Assembly (NCBI GenBank): GCA_951406725.2
Contig: OX597826.1
Location: 82,894,001-82,958,000, forward strand
Source: Octopus vulgaris
Lineage: Eukaryota
DNA: 64,000 bases
Direction of reading: 5' to 3'
Shown here: positions 38,597-53,699 of the stretch, piece by piece
How the letters are laid out: every line of letters begins with the position of its first letter
Numbering within the stretch: the first letter of the stretch is position 1
Notes under the pieces: generated by a model
What the model was told of the DNA's origin: nothing
Seen by the model: the letters and a program-made list of their open reading frames with translations, nothing else
The model's database searches: none
Position numbers and translations under genes: made by a program

Positions 38597-38734
<138 letters not shown>

Positions 38735-39359
38735 CTATGAATGCATATGTACAATTTTGTGTTTGTTTGTGTGTGAATACATGTTTTCTTATCTGCATTT
38801 CCAAATATATTCTATCTAGAAACGGAATATATTGTTTCGCCGACCTATTGCTCACCTAACTCTATTTAAAGCTGTGTATTTAGTTTAAGTGTTTTCGACC
38901 ATGAAATTAGAATCATCTGTTTTGCTTTACAAAACTGATTTTCCATAAATCTTCTATTTTCGTTTTAATCTTTAGATGTAGAAATATTCTGGGTTGAATT
39001 TGGCAGCATATACATTGAGTATCTATAATTTAACATCCCCATAGTTGCTCCATTAAACAATGGTAACGAATGACAGTTTATTTTGATTTTCAAAGTTAAT
39101 TAACTGCTTGCTTAATTAAGCATCAGAACTAGACAAGATTTCAATTAATATCAAGAAACACTCAGTATAATTCAAATGCCGAAAAGGTTATCATCTGATA
39201 AAATTACGTTTTCATTTATTTTACTAATTCTGCGTTCTCTTATCTTTTCTTGTCTTTCTATTTTTCTTCAACATTTTCAGAGTTGGAATCCTAATCCCCC
39301 TTTATCGCATACCGAGGATCATCCTTATCATTTTTTCTCAATATCATGTGTGGATTTAA

Positions 39360-39560
39360 TGCGGCAACACGCCGAACAAAATGCTGAGCAGCATTTCGTC
39401 CGTCTTCACGTTCTGATTTCAAATTCCGCCGAGGTCGACTTTGCTTTTCATCATTTCGGGGTCGATAAAATAAGAACCAGACGAACACTGGGGTTCGATG
39501 CAATCGCCTCGATAGCCTCCCTTGAATTTGCTGGCCTTGTGCCAAAATTTGAAACCGATA
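39360..39560 (+). mobile_element. SINE family A
   Basis: CACGTTCTGATTTCAAATTCCGCCGAGGTCGACTTTGC...GCTGGCCTTGTGCCAAAATTTGAAACC. Confidence 0.82.
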
Positions 39561-40334
39561 TTATGTGTGCATCTGTGGACGGGTGGAACAGGAATAATAC
39601 AAGGAAAAATGCATAGAATTGTTTAGTTATGAACCTTTACCTGCTGAATTCAGCTCGAATCCAAATTGACTTTGTCTTTAAATGCACAATGTCGATTTAA
39701 AGACAGAATTTATAATCTTGTAGGTGTCTTAGAATCGTTACATGTTCTTAATAGAGAAAGAAATGAAAAGCAAGAAAAAGGAATGAAGAAATGTGAAGTG
39801 AAGGAAATTAAATCAATTATGTGCAGTTAATTATGTAGGGGACCATGATCTAGCAACGGATCCTAATACTTTTAATTTGCTGTTCCAAGCGTGATCATTG
39901 CCATCTAGTTGTTTAATTCTACTTCTTTCGTCATGTTAAGATATTTCGATAATTCTACATTTAATGTGGTGGCTAAAAGTGTTTCTTCTTTCAATTGCAA
40001 ACTATTTCGTCTTTCTGTTTTACAATTTACCGAAAAGGAGACAAATGGCTGCACAGCATTTCTTGAATGTCCTCCTAGACATGCTTCTCGATCCTCGCAG
40101 TGTTACGTGAAGATTTTCTTTTTATACAGTGATAATCAGTACTTCAAAATAAAAAATTTATGCGATGCAGGATTTCTCTATTGGATATGCGCTGGGGTGC
40201 CAGTGTGGGCACGTGACTTCAACAGTTATTTTCTATTCTATTATATATATATATAAGTATATATATATACACACACATATATATATGCACATATGCATAT
40301 GTATATATATGTATAAATATATATTTATATATGT

Positions 40335-40367
<33 letters not shown>

Positions 40368-41499
40368 CATAAATACTTAAATATTTTACATTATATTATA
40401 TTACATTAGATTGCCTTACACGATATTGCATTGTATCATAATAGATTATATTTTATTGTATTATATTATTTATATTATATTATAGTCTATATTGTATTGC
40501 ATATCACAAACACGTTCTTATTTAACAAACAAGTAACTTTAAATGTAGTGGTATGTTGAAACCAAAGCTATTAGAGAATAGGAGAGTCATCTTTGCCATT
40601 GAAGAACTCACAGAATCGGTTATATAATGTTATTGTTTTATTTATCCAAACTACCGTCTATTAAGAAGTAAATAAAATGTGAACGAATCTCTTTTGTGTT
40701 ATCAGCACGATTGCCTGTATCAAAGGATAACCGTGACACATTCACTCCACATTTTGGTATAAGAAACCCAGAAATATGCAAATATGGCTCCGTTTGAGGA
40801 AGTTGTCTTTGTCACAGTCAAATGGGTTTAAACTTTCCCTTCTGTTTCCCCTTATAGTTTATTTAACTTTTGCTGTTATCTGTAATGTTGAATTTTAGTT
40901 GCCATTCGCTTTTTAATAATGATTTGACAGTTAATGATATATGTGATAGCATATTTCACGACTAATATTTTCGTATTCTATATTTTACGTATAAAACTTG
41001 GAAACTCCATGACTCAGCTCATTCCATCGATCGCATACGGGCGTCAATTTGGCATCCATCGTTATTCAATTCTATAAAAGAGTCAAGAAATTGCAGCATT
41101 TTCAATACAGAATTCAAGACAAATATCAAATAGTAAAAAATTAGTTGATAACATAAACCCTCAATGCACAATATTCCGCAAAAGAAAACTACAATAAGTT
41201 TGGAAGCTAAATTCGGAGCGAAGAAAACAATCAACAGAAGGATGGGAACCAAAGTTAAAATAATGAGAAGATAATCATTCAAAGAAAATGTAAATGCAAA
41301 AATGGGGAATGTCTCAGTTACTATTTCAATGATTTCTTTTTTTTTTTTTTTGGCTACATGGTACAAAATGTGACAACACAGACCAAGTTTATGATAGCTT
41401 CCAGATGAAAGGACAAGGAAAAGAATTAGAGAGACGTTAATGATCCAAGTTAATGATAAAGAGTTAATAAATTAACAGCGGAATATCAAAGAATACGAA

Positions 41500-42050
41500 G
41501 TGTAGTCAGGAACCATCCAGCACATGGCATGCGCTGGTCCTCAGCCAAAAAGCGTTTTTCCAAGGAAGACAGTCTTGTTGTTGTTTGCTTTTCCGTTGCA
41601 GTGACTTACGCAGAAAATTATGTTGATAATGCCACGAGACAAGCGAAGACTGTATTAGGATTCTAGAAGAATCTCTTCTGTAACGTTCTTAAAAGAGTTT
41701 GAAAGGATTTATGCAAGTATTATTTTTTTGGCTGGAGAAAAATGTACTCTCCGATAATGCCTAAATTTTCGATCCCCTTCTTTGATGATGGTGAAAATAA
41801 CCGCATATTTATATTCGTTTGAGACTTGACGATCGTACAACACTTGCAGGAAGTCAGTATACGTTGTGATTTTGAGAGGTAGTGTCTTGTTTTTCAGAAA
41901 ATCAACAGGGATGTTGCCAGAAGCTCGAGAATTTTGTTGCTTCAAATTGCTCGAGGCAGTTTTGAGCGATCGAATGATGGTTCTACATTCAGCCATCGTT
42001 GTTTAGAATTATGTGAGACATTGCTCGGGCTATGTCCGACTGTTTGTTAA
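41500..42050 (-). mobile_element. degenerate RTE-like LINE RT fragment
   Basis: SRASGNIPVDFLK...YAVIFTIIKEGDRKFRHYRRVHFSPAKKIILA resembles the KAPGxDxIPxE / IVTIxKxGDRxxCxNYRGISLLSxxGKILA motifs. Confidence 0.6.
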
Positions 42051-42392
42051 CTCCTAATACAAGAGTGAAGAAAAGTTGTTTCCTGTAGTATACGAAGACA
42101 ACTTCTGCACGGCTAGATGGCCAGCCCTTGTGGTAGTTGCCATGGTATTGGTGGTGGTGGCGGTGGCGTTGTTGTTGTTGGTGGTGGTGGTGGTGGTGGT
42201 GGTGGTGGTGGTATTGGCGGTGGAAACTGTACTAAGGGCGGTAACGGTGGCTCATTGACTCCTCGAAGAATGATGCCTCGACAATCTGGTTCTAGAAGCA
42301 ATGATAAATTTGGTGGCAAAGTCGAATATGAAAACCCTGAACGAAAGCAACCAATGCCTTTTAAGAACACAATTGCCGAATAAGCAGTTTCA

Positions 42393-42563
42393 TACACATA
42401 CACATACATACATATATGTACACACACATACATACATACACATACATACATATATGTACACACACATACATACATACACATACATACATATATGTACACA
42501 CACATACATACATACACATACATACATATATGTACACACACATACATACATACACATACATAC
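42393..42563. repeat. 38-bp-period minisatellite built from CA/TA microsatellite (~4 copies)
   Basis: CATACATACATATATGTACACACACATACATACATACA repeated. Confidence 0.85.
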
Positions 42564-42835
42564 CTTTTTGTACATACAAACATACAAAAGTCAAGCATAT
42601 GTGTACACTCATTTATTGATATTTATTTATATACACATGTATATGTATAAGTTTATATATATATGTGTGTATGTGTGTGTGGGTGTGTATCTATCTGTGT
42701 GTGTTTGCGTGAGCGTGTGTGTGTGAGTGTGTTTGTGTGCGTATGCATATTTATAGATAGGTAGATATGTATATGTGCATACATATACATACATACACAC
42801 GCACACACACGTGTAGATACACACACACACACACA

Positions 42836-42871
<36 letters not shown>

Positions 42872-45800
42872 TGTATGTATTTGTCTATATGATACATACA
42901 TTTGCCCGTATGAAATCATATTCGAAAATTGTATTAATATTTTCTTACCGACTTCCCAGAGGTGAGTAAATTTTCGCTGCAGGCGATAAATTTCCAAACC
43001 TGTCACATTTAAATGTACACTTAATTGAAAATTCTAACAGATTTTAGACACTGTGTCGACAATAGAATAAAAATCCATTTGTTTAATTTCAATAGACGCT
43101 GTTCAATAATGTTATTCAGTTAGCGACGTGTTTTATTTATATGAAATGCTAAACCTGCTGCTGTATCCTGAATCTGCCACTTATGTCAAGTTTACAGCGA
43201 GAGAAGGAATCAATGAGTGTATGAAGGTTGTGTGGTGGATGTGGTCTGTGGTTGTATGTGTGTGTATGTATGACTGCATGTGAATGTACGATGTATGTGT
43301 GCGTTTGTGTGTATATATATATATATGTGGGGGGAGGGGTTGTAGGTGTGTGTGTGTGTGTAAAATGCTATGGTTTGTAGGTCTATCTTCGAGTACAAGT
43401 TAACTATTTCAAGCCTAGAAAAATGCGAAAAACGGCGCGCAATAAAGTATCAAGAGATTTTAGCCGCACCACAAGTGCTTGAATAGATTTAGGCCTGATT
43501 AAGTGAGGGCAAATCAAATAAATGTACGTACTTTAGATTCACTTACTAGCCATATCCTAATAGATCTGATATATAATTTATTTTACAACTTTATATAATA
43601 ACGATAAAAAGACAAGAGTTAAGAAATGCAAAGTAAATCTATCGATCTAGATTATTGAATTTGTCAGAAAATTCCTGAAAAACTAGTGAAGTAAATACAT
43701 CTCTAAGCGATTCCGACTGGTCTCTCCGTCACCTTCTTACACAATATCTTGTCCAAACTACATATTGATTCGAATTAAGTGATTTACTTATTTATAAAAT
43801 GATACTTTCTGATATGGTCAGATGTAAGCTAAACTTGTCCAAATCAAATCAATAGAAGATATTGGACTTTCAGATCATAAATTCGCCGGTTCTTATACAC
43901 AGTCAGTTAATTTCCCCGATAATTAGTTCTCCGATGAACATGTGTAGATGGCCGTAAATATAGATACATACACAGCGTAATACAGCAAACCCAGTGTAAT
44001 GTTAAAGGTGTCCTTTAGCATGTATTCGAGTGTTTATCGATATCCCTCGTTCGAATAAACTTTGTAAGCTGACTATGTCCTAGATCAACGTAATTATGCT
44101 TACTCATTCATATATATCCATTTATCCATTATGTTCTTGCTTAATTACTGTTTCTGGTTTACAAATAAATATACGAAGTCATGTCCATATGAATTTAATA
44201 TCACTGTTAATCTCCAAAACCGATTTCTAAATAGTTTTATTAAATCTCATCTCTCTCCCCTAAGGTAATGAGTTAAAATATTAAACAAAATTGTACAAGG
44301 TATATTTCTTTCATACAAGGGTATAAATTAACCACCTGATTATATATCCTAGAGAACCAACAGATATAGAAGATGGATTATTCTCGCATTCAGCACAACG
44401 AGAGTATATTGCTGTCAGCGTCCCACGTAAATTTAAGTATGTACAAAAAGTAGAATATCTGTAAACATGAGAATTTACAAATTACCTTTCCGTCCACCTC
44501 TTGCACCTACTGGAGTTGGGGTGTCTCTTTTCAAAGCCATCTCAGGCTGAAGTTTCAGACATATTACAAAATACTGATCCTTTCCTTCGCTATTTATAAT
44601 TTTAAATTCTGCTTCTACTCACCCACTCAGCATTTCCATCTAATTACATTGAGGACCACTTTAAAGCTCTTTTGACAATCTTACTTCCTAGAATAAAACA
44701 AGGTATGGGCATGACTGGAAGGCCTTCCATCATAGACGTGTTGCACCGGCTTACTCAGGGTTTGACATGAGACTAAACAGCAACAATAATGAAAGCTCAT
44801 TGCATTATTCGATTGGAGTCGCTTAGGAACGATTAAACAACAGCAGCAAAACAGCGAAGACACACGTGTACCCGACGCGTACCCGATCGAACTGGACACG
44901 GAGCGAAACAACAACGACAAAATCAATTCGATCAGAGCCAATCGGAAGCTGTTTTATTCGACACACGGTCAAGAATACTATGACTTAAGAACAATCAATC
45001 ATATCGAACTCAGTTTCTTACTATTATTTCTTTTAACGGCCCTGGAATGCTAGACGGCTAGATGAAGTTCTGCAAGGTTTGAACTCTGAACGTAAAAGAT
45101 ATGACTCTAATGACTCTGCCAATTCACTACTCACGTGACTAATTATAACAGCAACTCAGAAACAAAGAAGTTTTCAATCCTCTTCGGACCGATTTACAGA
45201 ATCACTCCTCACCACATGCAGATATTCTGATGCTATTTACAAACACAATGCCAGACACATCTCCAACTGAATGAACCCTCACAATGACATCAGCATTATT
45301 TCATATTATTTAAAAACTTGGTGCGACACAAATTTGTAAATATATATATGTTGACCATTCTACACCAGCGACTAGATATCTTTTATCTCACCACCAGCTC
45401 TTTATAAATAGACTCCTTTCCTTATTGAATATTCTTCACAATTCTGGAATATCTAGGCAATGTCTGGAGATAATGTAAGACGAACGAATGCCAGCGTAAA
45501 GATTAACATACATATTTTTTGGAAATTGTTGGCGTTCGTTCTTCCTCGTCTTCGAGAAATTCTTTTCTTTTCACAACTCTCATTTGTTGTAGTGGTATGT
45601 CTGATGACAAATAAACATCACTCTGCATGTTGTTTGCATGCAAATTCACGCTAGGCAGGCGGAAGTGAATCTTCATTCTTTGTTATCTTCGGTCATGCAA
45701 AATTCATGTTGAAATAGTTCTGTAGAGAGGTATCGCCACCATAGTTTTTAATCTGCTGCATGAATTTCTTGGGTTTTCAGTTTAATTTTGACCATATTCT

Positions 45801-45889
45801 TTCTCGTTTTCAGTTGATCAGAGGTGACTAGGCGGCCTTTAGCTGTTGCAGTGTTTTTCAGGTATCCAGTGGGATGGCTTTTTCTTTTT

Positions 45890-46510
45890 GATAAGAATTT
45901 TCTGAGAGGGCTGAATTAATCATTGCAACTCATGATCTGGCCCTCTGGACAAATAATACAAAATGTAGGGCAGGAATCAATGTGTTGCGATCGTACAGGT
46001 TGTGCGATGAACGAGAAGAAACAGTGACCCACATAGTAAATGAATGTTCTAAGGTCACACAAAAGCAGTATAAATCTTGGAGATATGATAATGTTGCAAT
46101 GATGGTCCATTGGAAAATGTGTAAGAAGTATGGACTTCGTTCGGAACACATGTGGTATGAAGATGCACCCGAAAAAAGTGAGTGAGAATGATGAAGTTAA
46201 ACCTCTTTCGGAATTTTTATCCAAACGGATCAGTCCTAGCTAGAGCATAATTGACCAGATATTTTGGTGTTTGAGAAGAGCGAACGGACTGATACGTTCA
46301 GTCCATTTGATACAAGAGGAAAAGAAAAAGAAATCAACAAGATCGATATATACCAGGAGATGAAGAGAGAAATAAGGAGATTGGGGAGATGCCGTCGTAC
46401 CGATTGTTATGGAAGCCTTGAGAGCGACGTGGAAGAGGCTCAGGGAAACGACAGAAAAATAATGGCTTACAGAAGCAAATTGAATGCTTGTGGCTAGTTT
46501 TCTGATTCTC
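45890..46510 (+). mobile_element. R4/Dong-like RLE LINE 3' fragment
   Basis: IIATHDLALWTNN; YRLCDEREETVTHIVNEC...QYKSWRYDNVAMMVHWKMCKKYG...WYEDAPEK; IQTD; EHN*PDILV. Confidence 0.85.
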
Positions 46511-46859
46511 ACTGAAAACCATTCTCTAACAGCTCAACTGTGAAATATATCTCTCCATAAGCGTTGCATATGTTACAATTGGCTTTTCGAAGATCTTTGT
46601 ATGTATATATGACTTTATGGACAACTCATAGAATGAAGGATTTTGGATGTGTGACGCACACAGTAAACCCATTTCTATTAGAATTACCAAAGTTTATAAG
46701 AGGTTGCGCTTCAGTAAGTCTGGTTTAATTACTTATCATTTTTACGGTTCCATCGTTTGTTGTTTCATATTTACCTAGAAACTTATCGAGGTGGATGGAA
46801 ATAATTTGGAAATACAAAAAGAAACACATACACCCGCTCACACACACACATACATACAT

Positions 46860-46901
<42 letters not shown>

Positions 46902-46994
46902 TCATACGTATATACATATACATATAGAAATCATATAGGGGAATATACTTATACACAAATTATTATGTAAGCGTATACCATGATATATCACATG

Positions 46995-47051
<57 letters not shown>

Positions 47052-47099
47052 TATTCACCACGTTAGACCGCTGAATACCGTGTTTTTTTTTTAATTACC

Positions 47100-47240
47100 T
47101 CTGTCTATTTCCTCTTATTACTCTGTGAAGAGCCTAAGCTCGAATCGTAAAAGACTTTTTCATTTTTCTCGACCGTCAAACTAAAACACTTTGTTGTTCA
47201 TACACCTGTCTTCGACTTTTGTTTTTCTATAAATTTCAAA
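47100..47240 (+). repeat. dispersed repeat with degenerate HHR, same family as 56110-56290
   Basis: CTGTGAAGAGCCTAAGCTCGAATCGTAAAAGACTTTTT...TTTGTTGTTCATACACCTGTCTTCG. Confidence 0.7.
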
Positions 47241-47687
47241 TGTTTGTTTTACATTTAAATGAAAAGGAAAAGAAGGCGTGAAATAATCTAAGAGGAAGAA
47301 AATAAAGGAGAATCGAAAATGTCTTCGAGATTATACACCTGCTAAAATGGTGTTCTTCGAAATTAATGTGGATTGTTACCAGAAAATAGAAAAAATTAAC
47401 AATTTCTCCTTGGAAAATTTTGAATTATTATAAGGTATAATATTGGTATGTAAGAAAAGATAATTGAAAAGTGAGTTATTTTTGTTTGGTAATTGTTGGA
47501 TATCTCAAATATTATAAACGTTTTCGGAAACTATAATGAAAAATTACGTTAAATCTTCCCAAAATACATTCCAGAATACGTCTGTGTATGTGTGTGTGCG
47601 TGTATTATGAACGTGTGTGTATGTTTAGGTTACGTATGACTGTATATAAATATATATATATATATATACACACATATATATATATAA

Positions 47688-47748
<61 letters not shown>

Positions 47749-47770
47749 AATACATTCATACATATATATA

Positions 47771-47825
<55 letters not shown>

Positions 47826-47845
47826 ATGTACATATTTATATATCT

Positions 47846-47899
<54 letters not shown>

Positions 47900-48465
47900 A
47901 TATAATATATATACACACACGCACACGCACACACACACATATATATGTATATAAATTTCCATCTCCGCCTCTTTCTCCACTTTCTTACTACATATACACA
48001 CGCGCGCGCTCATAAATTTGTGTGTATGTGTGTGTGTGTGAATGCGTGTATGTGTGTGTGTGTGAATGCGTGTGTGTGTGTTTGTGTTTGTATATTTGAA
48101 TATGTTAAATTTAGAGAGCAGCGAGGGAAAAAATTAACTGCAAAAGGAATCCGATATCAAAATTTTCTAAAAAAAAGAGAAAAAAATTGGAAATATTTAA
48201 TGATCGTGTCCGTCCGTCTGAATGTGATTATTTGTGCGGAGATGTATTTGCCAACTGAAATGAAAAGAAATGAGCAAATAATAGCTTAAAGGAGAAAATT
48301 GTAATATAATAACTGAGTTAAAGTTTATTGTAATATATAAAATTTGTGAAGATATTACTATATTAAATAATGTTATAGTTTGAACTATGAAATACTTTTA
48401 AATTCATGCTTTTCTTATGTAGATGCACGTAGGCTTGTGTTTGCGCATGAGTATAGAAGTATGTT

Positions 48466-48513
<48 letters not shown>

Positions 48514-48562
48514 CGTGAACGCGCGTGTATACATATGAATAGGTGTTTCTACAAACACACAC

Positions 48563-48599
<37 letters not shown>

Positions 48600-48602
<3 letters not shown>

Positions 48603-49720
48603 TATCATGGGCATTTATTTTCCGTAACACGTAATGGAAAAGCTGTCCTTTTACGAGGATTGACAATGATGCCTTCCGTCTTATTTAAGTCACACACTAA
48701 TGTTACGCTTTCCATTGACCGCTAATACTACAAAGACCTGATCAGCTCTTCAGAAAGGGCCGGTTTAAATTGAAAAGGCATCGAAATCGTCACTGTCTAA
48801 TATGGCGGCCAAAAGGCAGCCATCATAACAGATTCAGAAGTTTTCTGATCCACCAGTATTTAAAGCAGGTGTAAGACAAGAACATGTGTTATCACCATAG
48901 CTATTTAACATTTATACTGGAGTATAATGTTCAGAGCGTCAAAGGGAATCAAAGAATTCACAATCAATGGTATGAATATGATAAGATATGCAGATGGTAC
49001 AGCATTATTGGCAAGCAGTAATGAGAAATTACACGAAATTGTTGATTCTGTGCAAAAAAAAGTCAGAATATTAACAAGAAAAAGACAATGCTTATTAGTA
49101 AAACAAAACAAAAGGAACAAAAATACCTGTTGACGGATAAAAGCGTGAGCAAGTAAAAAAAGAAAAAAACCTTCAAGTATTCAGGGCAACGAATAAATCG
49201 CTATGAAGGTGCCAGTGTAAAGTCACGTGAAGAAGCCACTCAAGGAATAAATGAGATTAAAACATTTATAAGAATGAAAATCTCTTCGTTTCAAAAGACA
49301 CGCTGCGCGTCTAAAATGGAGTTTTCTGTTATATTATTCCAATTGTTCTTTACGAGACAGAAATATGTATCCAGTAACAGGGGTTAAGATAGAAGCCCTT
49401 GATATGCGATTCTTGCGCAGATTGGGTTGGGAAACAGAGTAGCAAATTCTGCAATACAAGAAGGAGATCTCTGAAAGTCAAACAACACTTATTGCCGAGA
49501 AACAAGACGATAAAGAAATGACATTTTGAACGCACAGTACGTCACAAGTCAATGCCCCCGTGACCATCCTGTCGGGAAGTCTTGAAGGGAAGAAAGAAAG
49601 AGATTGCCAAGGACGTTCGTTGAACAATGATGACATCAAAGAATGGACTGGGAAGGAGTACCTGGTGGATTATTCGCATGCAGTACATGACATATATGAT
49701 GATGATGATTATGACGATGA
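48600..49720 (+). mobile_element. degenerate RTE-clade LINE 3' part (RT) with (GAT)n tail
   Basis: KAGVRQEHVLSP*LFNIYT, MIRYADGTALLASS and TILSGSLEGKKER...DDIKEWTG, followed by GATGATGAT. Confidence 0.82.
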
Positions 49721-49837
49721 AATATATGTATATATATGTGTGTGTGCGTGCGTGTATGTGTATATATGCATATTTCTATACGTATGTATACGTATGTATG
49801 TATATACGTATGCATGAATGTATGTTTGTATGCATGC

Positions 49838-49870
<33 letters not shown>

Positions 49871-50429
49871 TGTATGTATGTTTGCATGCATGTATGTATG
49901 TATGTATGCATGCATGTATGTATGTATGTATGTATGTATGTATGTATGTATGCATGCATGTACGTATGTATGTAACAGCTAATGTTTGAGATTTGATGCT
50001 TGTATTTGTGAGTTGTACCAGTAAGCGAGTGTGGACGTAACAGAAAAACTGCGATGGTGTTTGGCCCCTGTTTCTTGTCTGTTAATCCCTAGATAGCGTT
50101 TATGTTTTTACCGTTTTTGACATTCCCAGAGAGTTCAGTGATACTGTACAGATGTCGAAACCATAAGGACATGCATAAAGCAGGCGAAGACTGGATGTAA
50201 AAATGTGATGGCCAGTTGGTTGTGAGCATTTTGTATCGTCTGTTCCCGCGTTTCAAAGTTGCGTTTCATGGTTATTCTAGATCTTGTGTAATTCAATTTT
50301 TCATTTCTCGATGGAGTTGATGTATTTAACAAGCAGTAAATCGATGTGTTGCGTGATTGCCCCTCTGTGGGATTATAACTCTTGTGAAGCTAATAAGGGT
50401 TAAGAAGATTATAGTTTATAGAGGTTATA

Positions 50430-50667
50430 TTCTTTTATCCATTTATTTATTTGTTCCAGTCATTTGACTGCGGCCATGCTGGAGCACTACCTTTAGTCGA
50501 CCAAATCAATCCAAGGACTTATTCTCTGTAAGCCTAGTACTTATGCTATTGGTCTCTTTTGCCGAATCGCTAATTTACGGGGACGTAAACACACCAACAT
50601 CTGGGGGAACAAACACAGACACACAAACACACTCACACATACATACATACATACATACATACATACA

Positions 50668-50713
<46 letters not shown>

Positions 50714-50898
50714 CATATACATACATACATATATATATATACGACGGGCTTCTGTCAGTTTCCATCTACCAATTCCACTCACAAAGCTTTGGTCGGTCCG
50801 AGGTTATAGAAGACATATGCTCAAGGTGCCACGCAGTGGGACTGAACTGAAACATGTGGTTGGTAAGCAAGCTACTTACCACACAGCCACTCCTGCGC
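50430..50898 (-). mobile_element. SINE family B, full length, with internal microsatellite
   Basis: Minus head GCGCAGGAGTGGCTGTGTGGTAAG...GTTCAGTCCC, a CCTTGAGCA core-like motif, central (TA)/(TATG)n, and the conserved 3' half. Confidence 0.88.
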
Positions 50899-51440
50899 TC
50901 ATGAATATATATATATATACATACCGGCACGCTGTTGGTTACGACGATAAGTGTACCAGATGATGCAATCAGAGGAACAGTCTGTTCGTGAAATTAACAT
51001 GCAAATGGCCGATCACTCAACAAACACGCGTACCCTTAACATGGTTCAGGGGAATACCTTAATCCCAAGCCTTCACATATACTCACACGCATACACGCAC
51101 ATGGGCGCGCACGCGTGTGTGCGAGTGTGTGGGTGTAGAGTAGAAAGAAAGAATAAACAGGCAACCAAGCGGTAAATTGATGTTGTGTGATTGCTCCTCT
51201 GTGGAATTATAACTCATGTAAAGCTAATAATGGCTTAGAAGATTATAGGTTTTGAACATGGAATTTATACATGTAAACATAATTGGAGAGCTGTTGCAAT
51301 AGAGTTGTTAGAACATAGTAGAGTGCATCGTAGGAAGAAGGGAGTAAGGTGTTCAGAAAGTCCCTTATAGCTGTAAGAGACTTCTAACTCTCTATTCGAT
51401 TTGAAAACATTCTACCGTAACAGCTCAACAAATTTACATT

Positions 51441-52733
51441 CGCGGGGATATCCAAAAGAAAACGAAGTTTTGCTTTATTATTTAATTCACTTGCTTTTAC
51501 ATGTTTAGGCTTTCATCGCATTCCAAGTATTCTCCATTTGCAGCCATGCAACGGTCCGGACGCGTTTCCCGCTGTCCGAGGCAGTCCAGGAACTCTTGGG
51601 AGGCCTTTTAACGCCTCCATTGGTAATTACTTCTTCACCTCTTCTGCCTCTGCAAAACGTTTTCCTTTAAGGATTTTTTACATTCGGGGAAACAAAAAAA
51701 CGTCGAAGGGAGCAAGATCGGCTGAATAGGGAGGGTGGGTAGGCGGGGGTTATGCCAATTTTGATCAGAAACCGTCTCACACTGAAGGCGGTGTGCGCAG
51801 GCGCATTGTTGTGATTAAACCATCACTTTCTAATTTGCCACAGAAAACGCTTTCGAGCATCCAAGTAAAATGTCCGCTTAACAATTTGACCCGGAAGAAC
51901 AAATCGCCTGTTAACAATTCCTTTCTCATCGATGAAACACTTCAGCATCTTCTTGACATTGGACTCGACGCGCTTTTAGCGGGAAGGGGGGGTCTGTGAT
52001 ATTGAAAGCTTCCATTGACTTGATTGCTGCTTCGATTCCGAGTCACAGCCGAGGCACCAGCTTTCATCAGCAATTGTGGCCTTCGAAAAGCGGTTCGGAT
52101 CAACTTCCAACTATTGTTCTTTCAGTTTACGACACGCATTCAGTCGTGGCTACTTTTCATCTTTCCTGAGAAACGAAGCACAAATTTTGCAGCATCTCTT
52201 TTCATTTACAATTCCTCATTCAAAACTCGTCGTCAGGAGTTCCTGGACACAGCAGTCGTATCAACAAGTTTTTCAGTTGTTCGGCGATGGTCCTCCAAGA
52301 TCAGTTCATGAGTTTTTGTGATGTTTTCATTCGTTCGGTCGCTCTGAACGAGGTTTGTCTTCAAGCAACAAGTGGCCAGTCCTAAAGCGTGAAAATCACT
52401 CTTAAACTTGTGTTTTGTTCATGGCAGCGTCCTTGTAAGCAGTTTGAAGCATGCCACCTGTTTCGACCGCCGCTTTCCCCAGCAGAAAACAGAATTTCAG
52501 GGAAACACGCTGTTCTTTCGATTCATCCATTGCAAAAATCGAGAAACAAGGAACAAGCACGACAAAACAAAGACGCACCAAGTAGAGGTACGATTCTAGT
52601 AGACGATGCCTGTCGGCTGACTGATGCCTGAGGATCGAATCAAGTGGCTTCTAGCAGCGAAATTCTAAACTACAACTAGCTTGTCCCATGGAGAGAGAGA
52701 GAGAGTTTCTGGTTAATTCTGGATACTCCTTCG
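51441..52733 (-). mobile_element. full-length degenerate mariner (Tc1/mariner) transposon
   Basis: TIRs CGCGGGGATATCCAAAA and TTCTGGATACTCCTTCG+TA, ~1.29 kb apart. Transposase remnants EQRVSLKFCFLLGKAAVET, AAKFVLR, IADESWCLGCDSESKQQSSQWK, HNNAPAH and HPPYSADLAPFD. Confidence 0.9.
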
Positions 52734-52992
52734 TAGACAAATTCCAAACTCTAAACTGATACCACTTGTCTGCTTGTACATTCTGGTTTCCTTTCTCATT
52801 TCCATAAACCCACCCTAGAATAAACCATTTATAGCCATTCATTGATATTCACTGCTACAAACACCACTTTGTTTCAACCGCAATAAAGTTGAAGCTTTAG
52901 GTGGTAAACCAACCTGAGCAATCATCGTATTTACCTGTTACATTACATCATCAGACACAATTTTACCTGTACTCTTTCCCTCTTTTTCTATT

Positions 52993-53023
<31 letters not shown>

Positions 53024-53077
53024 TCCCCTCTCTCTCTCTCTCCTTATATATATATATATATATGCATATGTGTGTGT

Positions 53078-53533
<456 letters not shown>

Positions 53534-53699
53534 TATCAACATTCAGCTTGTCTATAACACGCTCACTTCACGGTATGAACGGTGTCAACCGTCGAGGAAG
53601 TATGGATTGTATGGTATTCTTCACCCTGGATTCTTCTATGAACCAACAATCAGTCCAGAACTTTCAAGTAGAAGAAAATGAAGAGCAATGTAATCGCCT

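Noticed and set aside
42117-42383. Gly-rich 88-aa ORF
   Set aside because: Driven by a (GGT)n microsatellite, with no recognisable domain or splice context.
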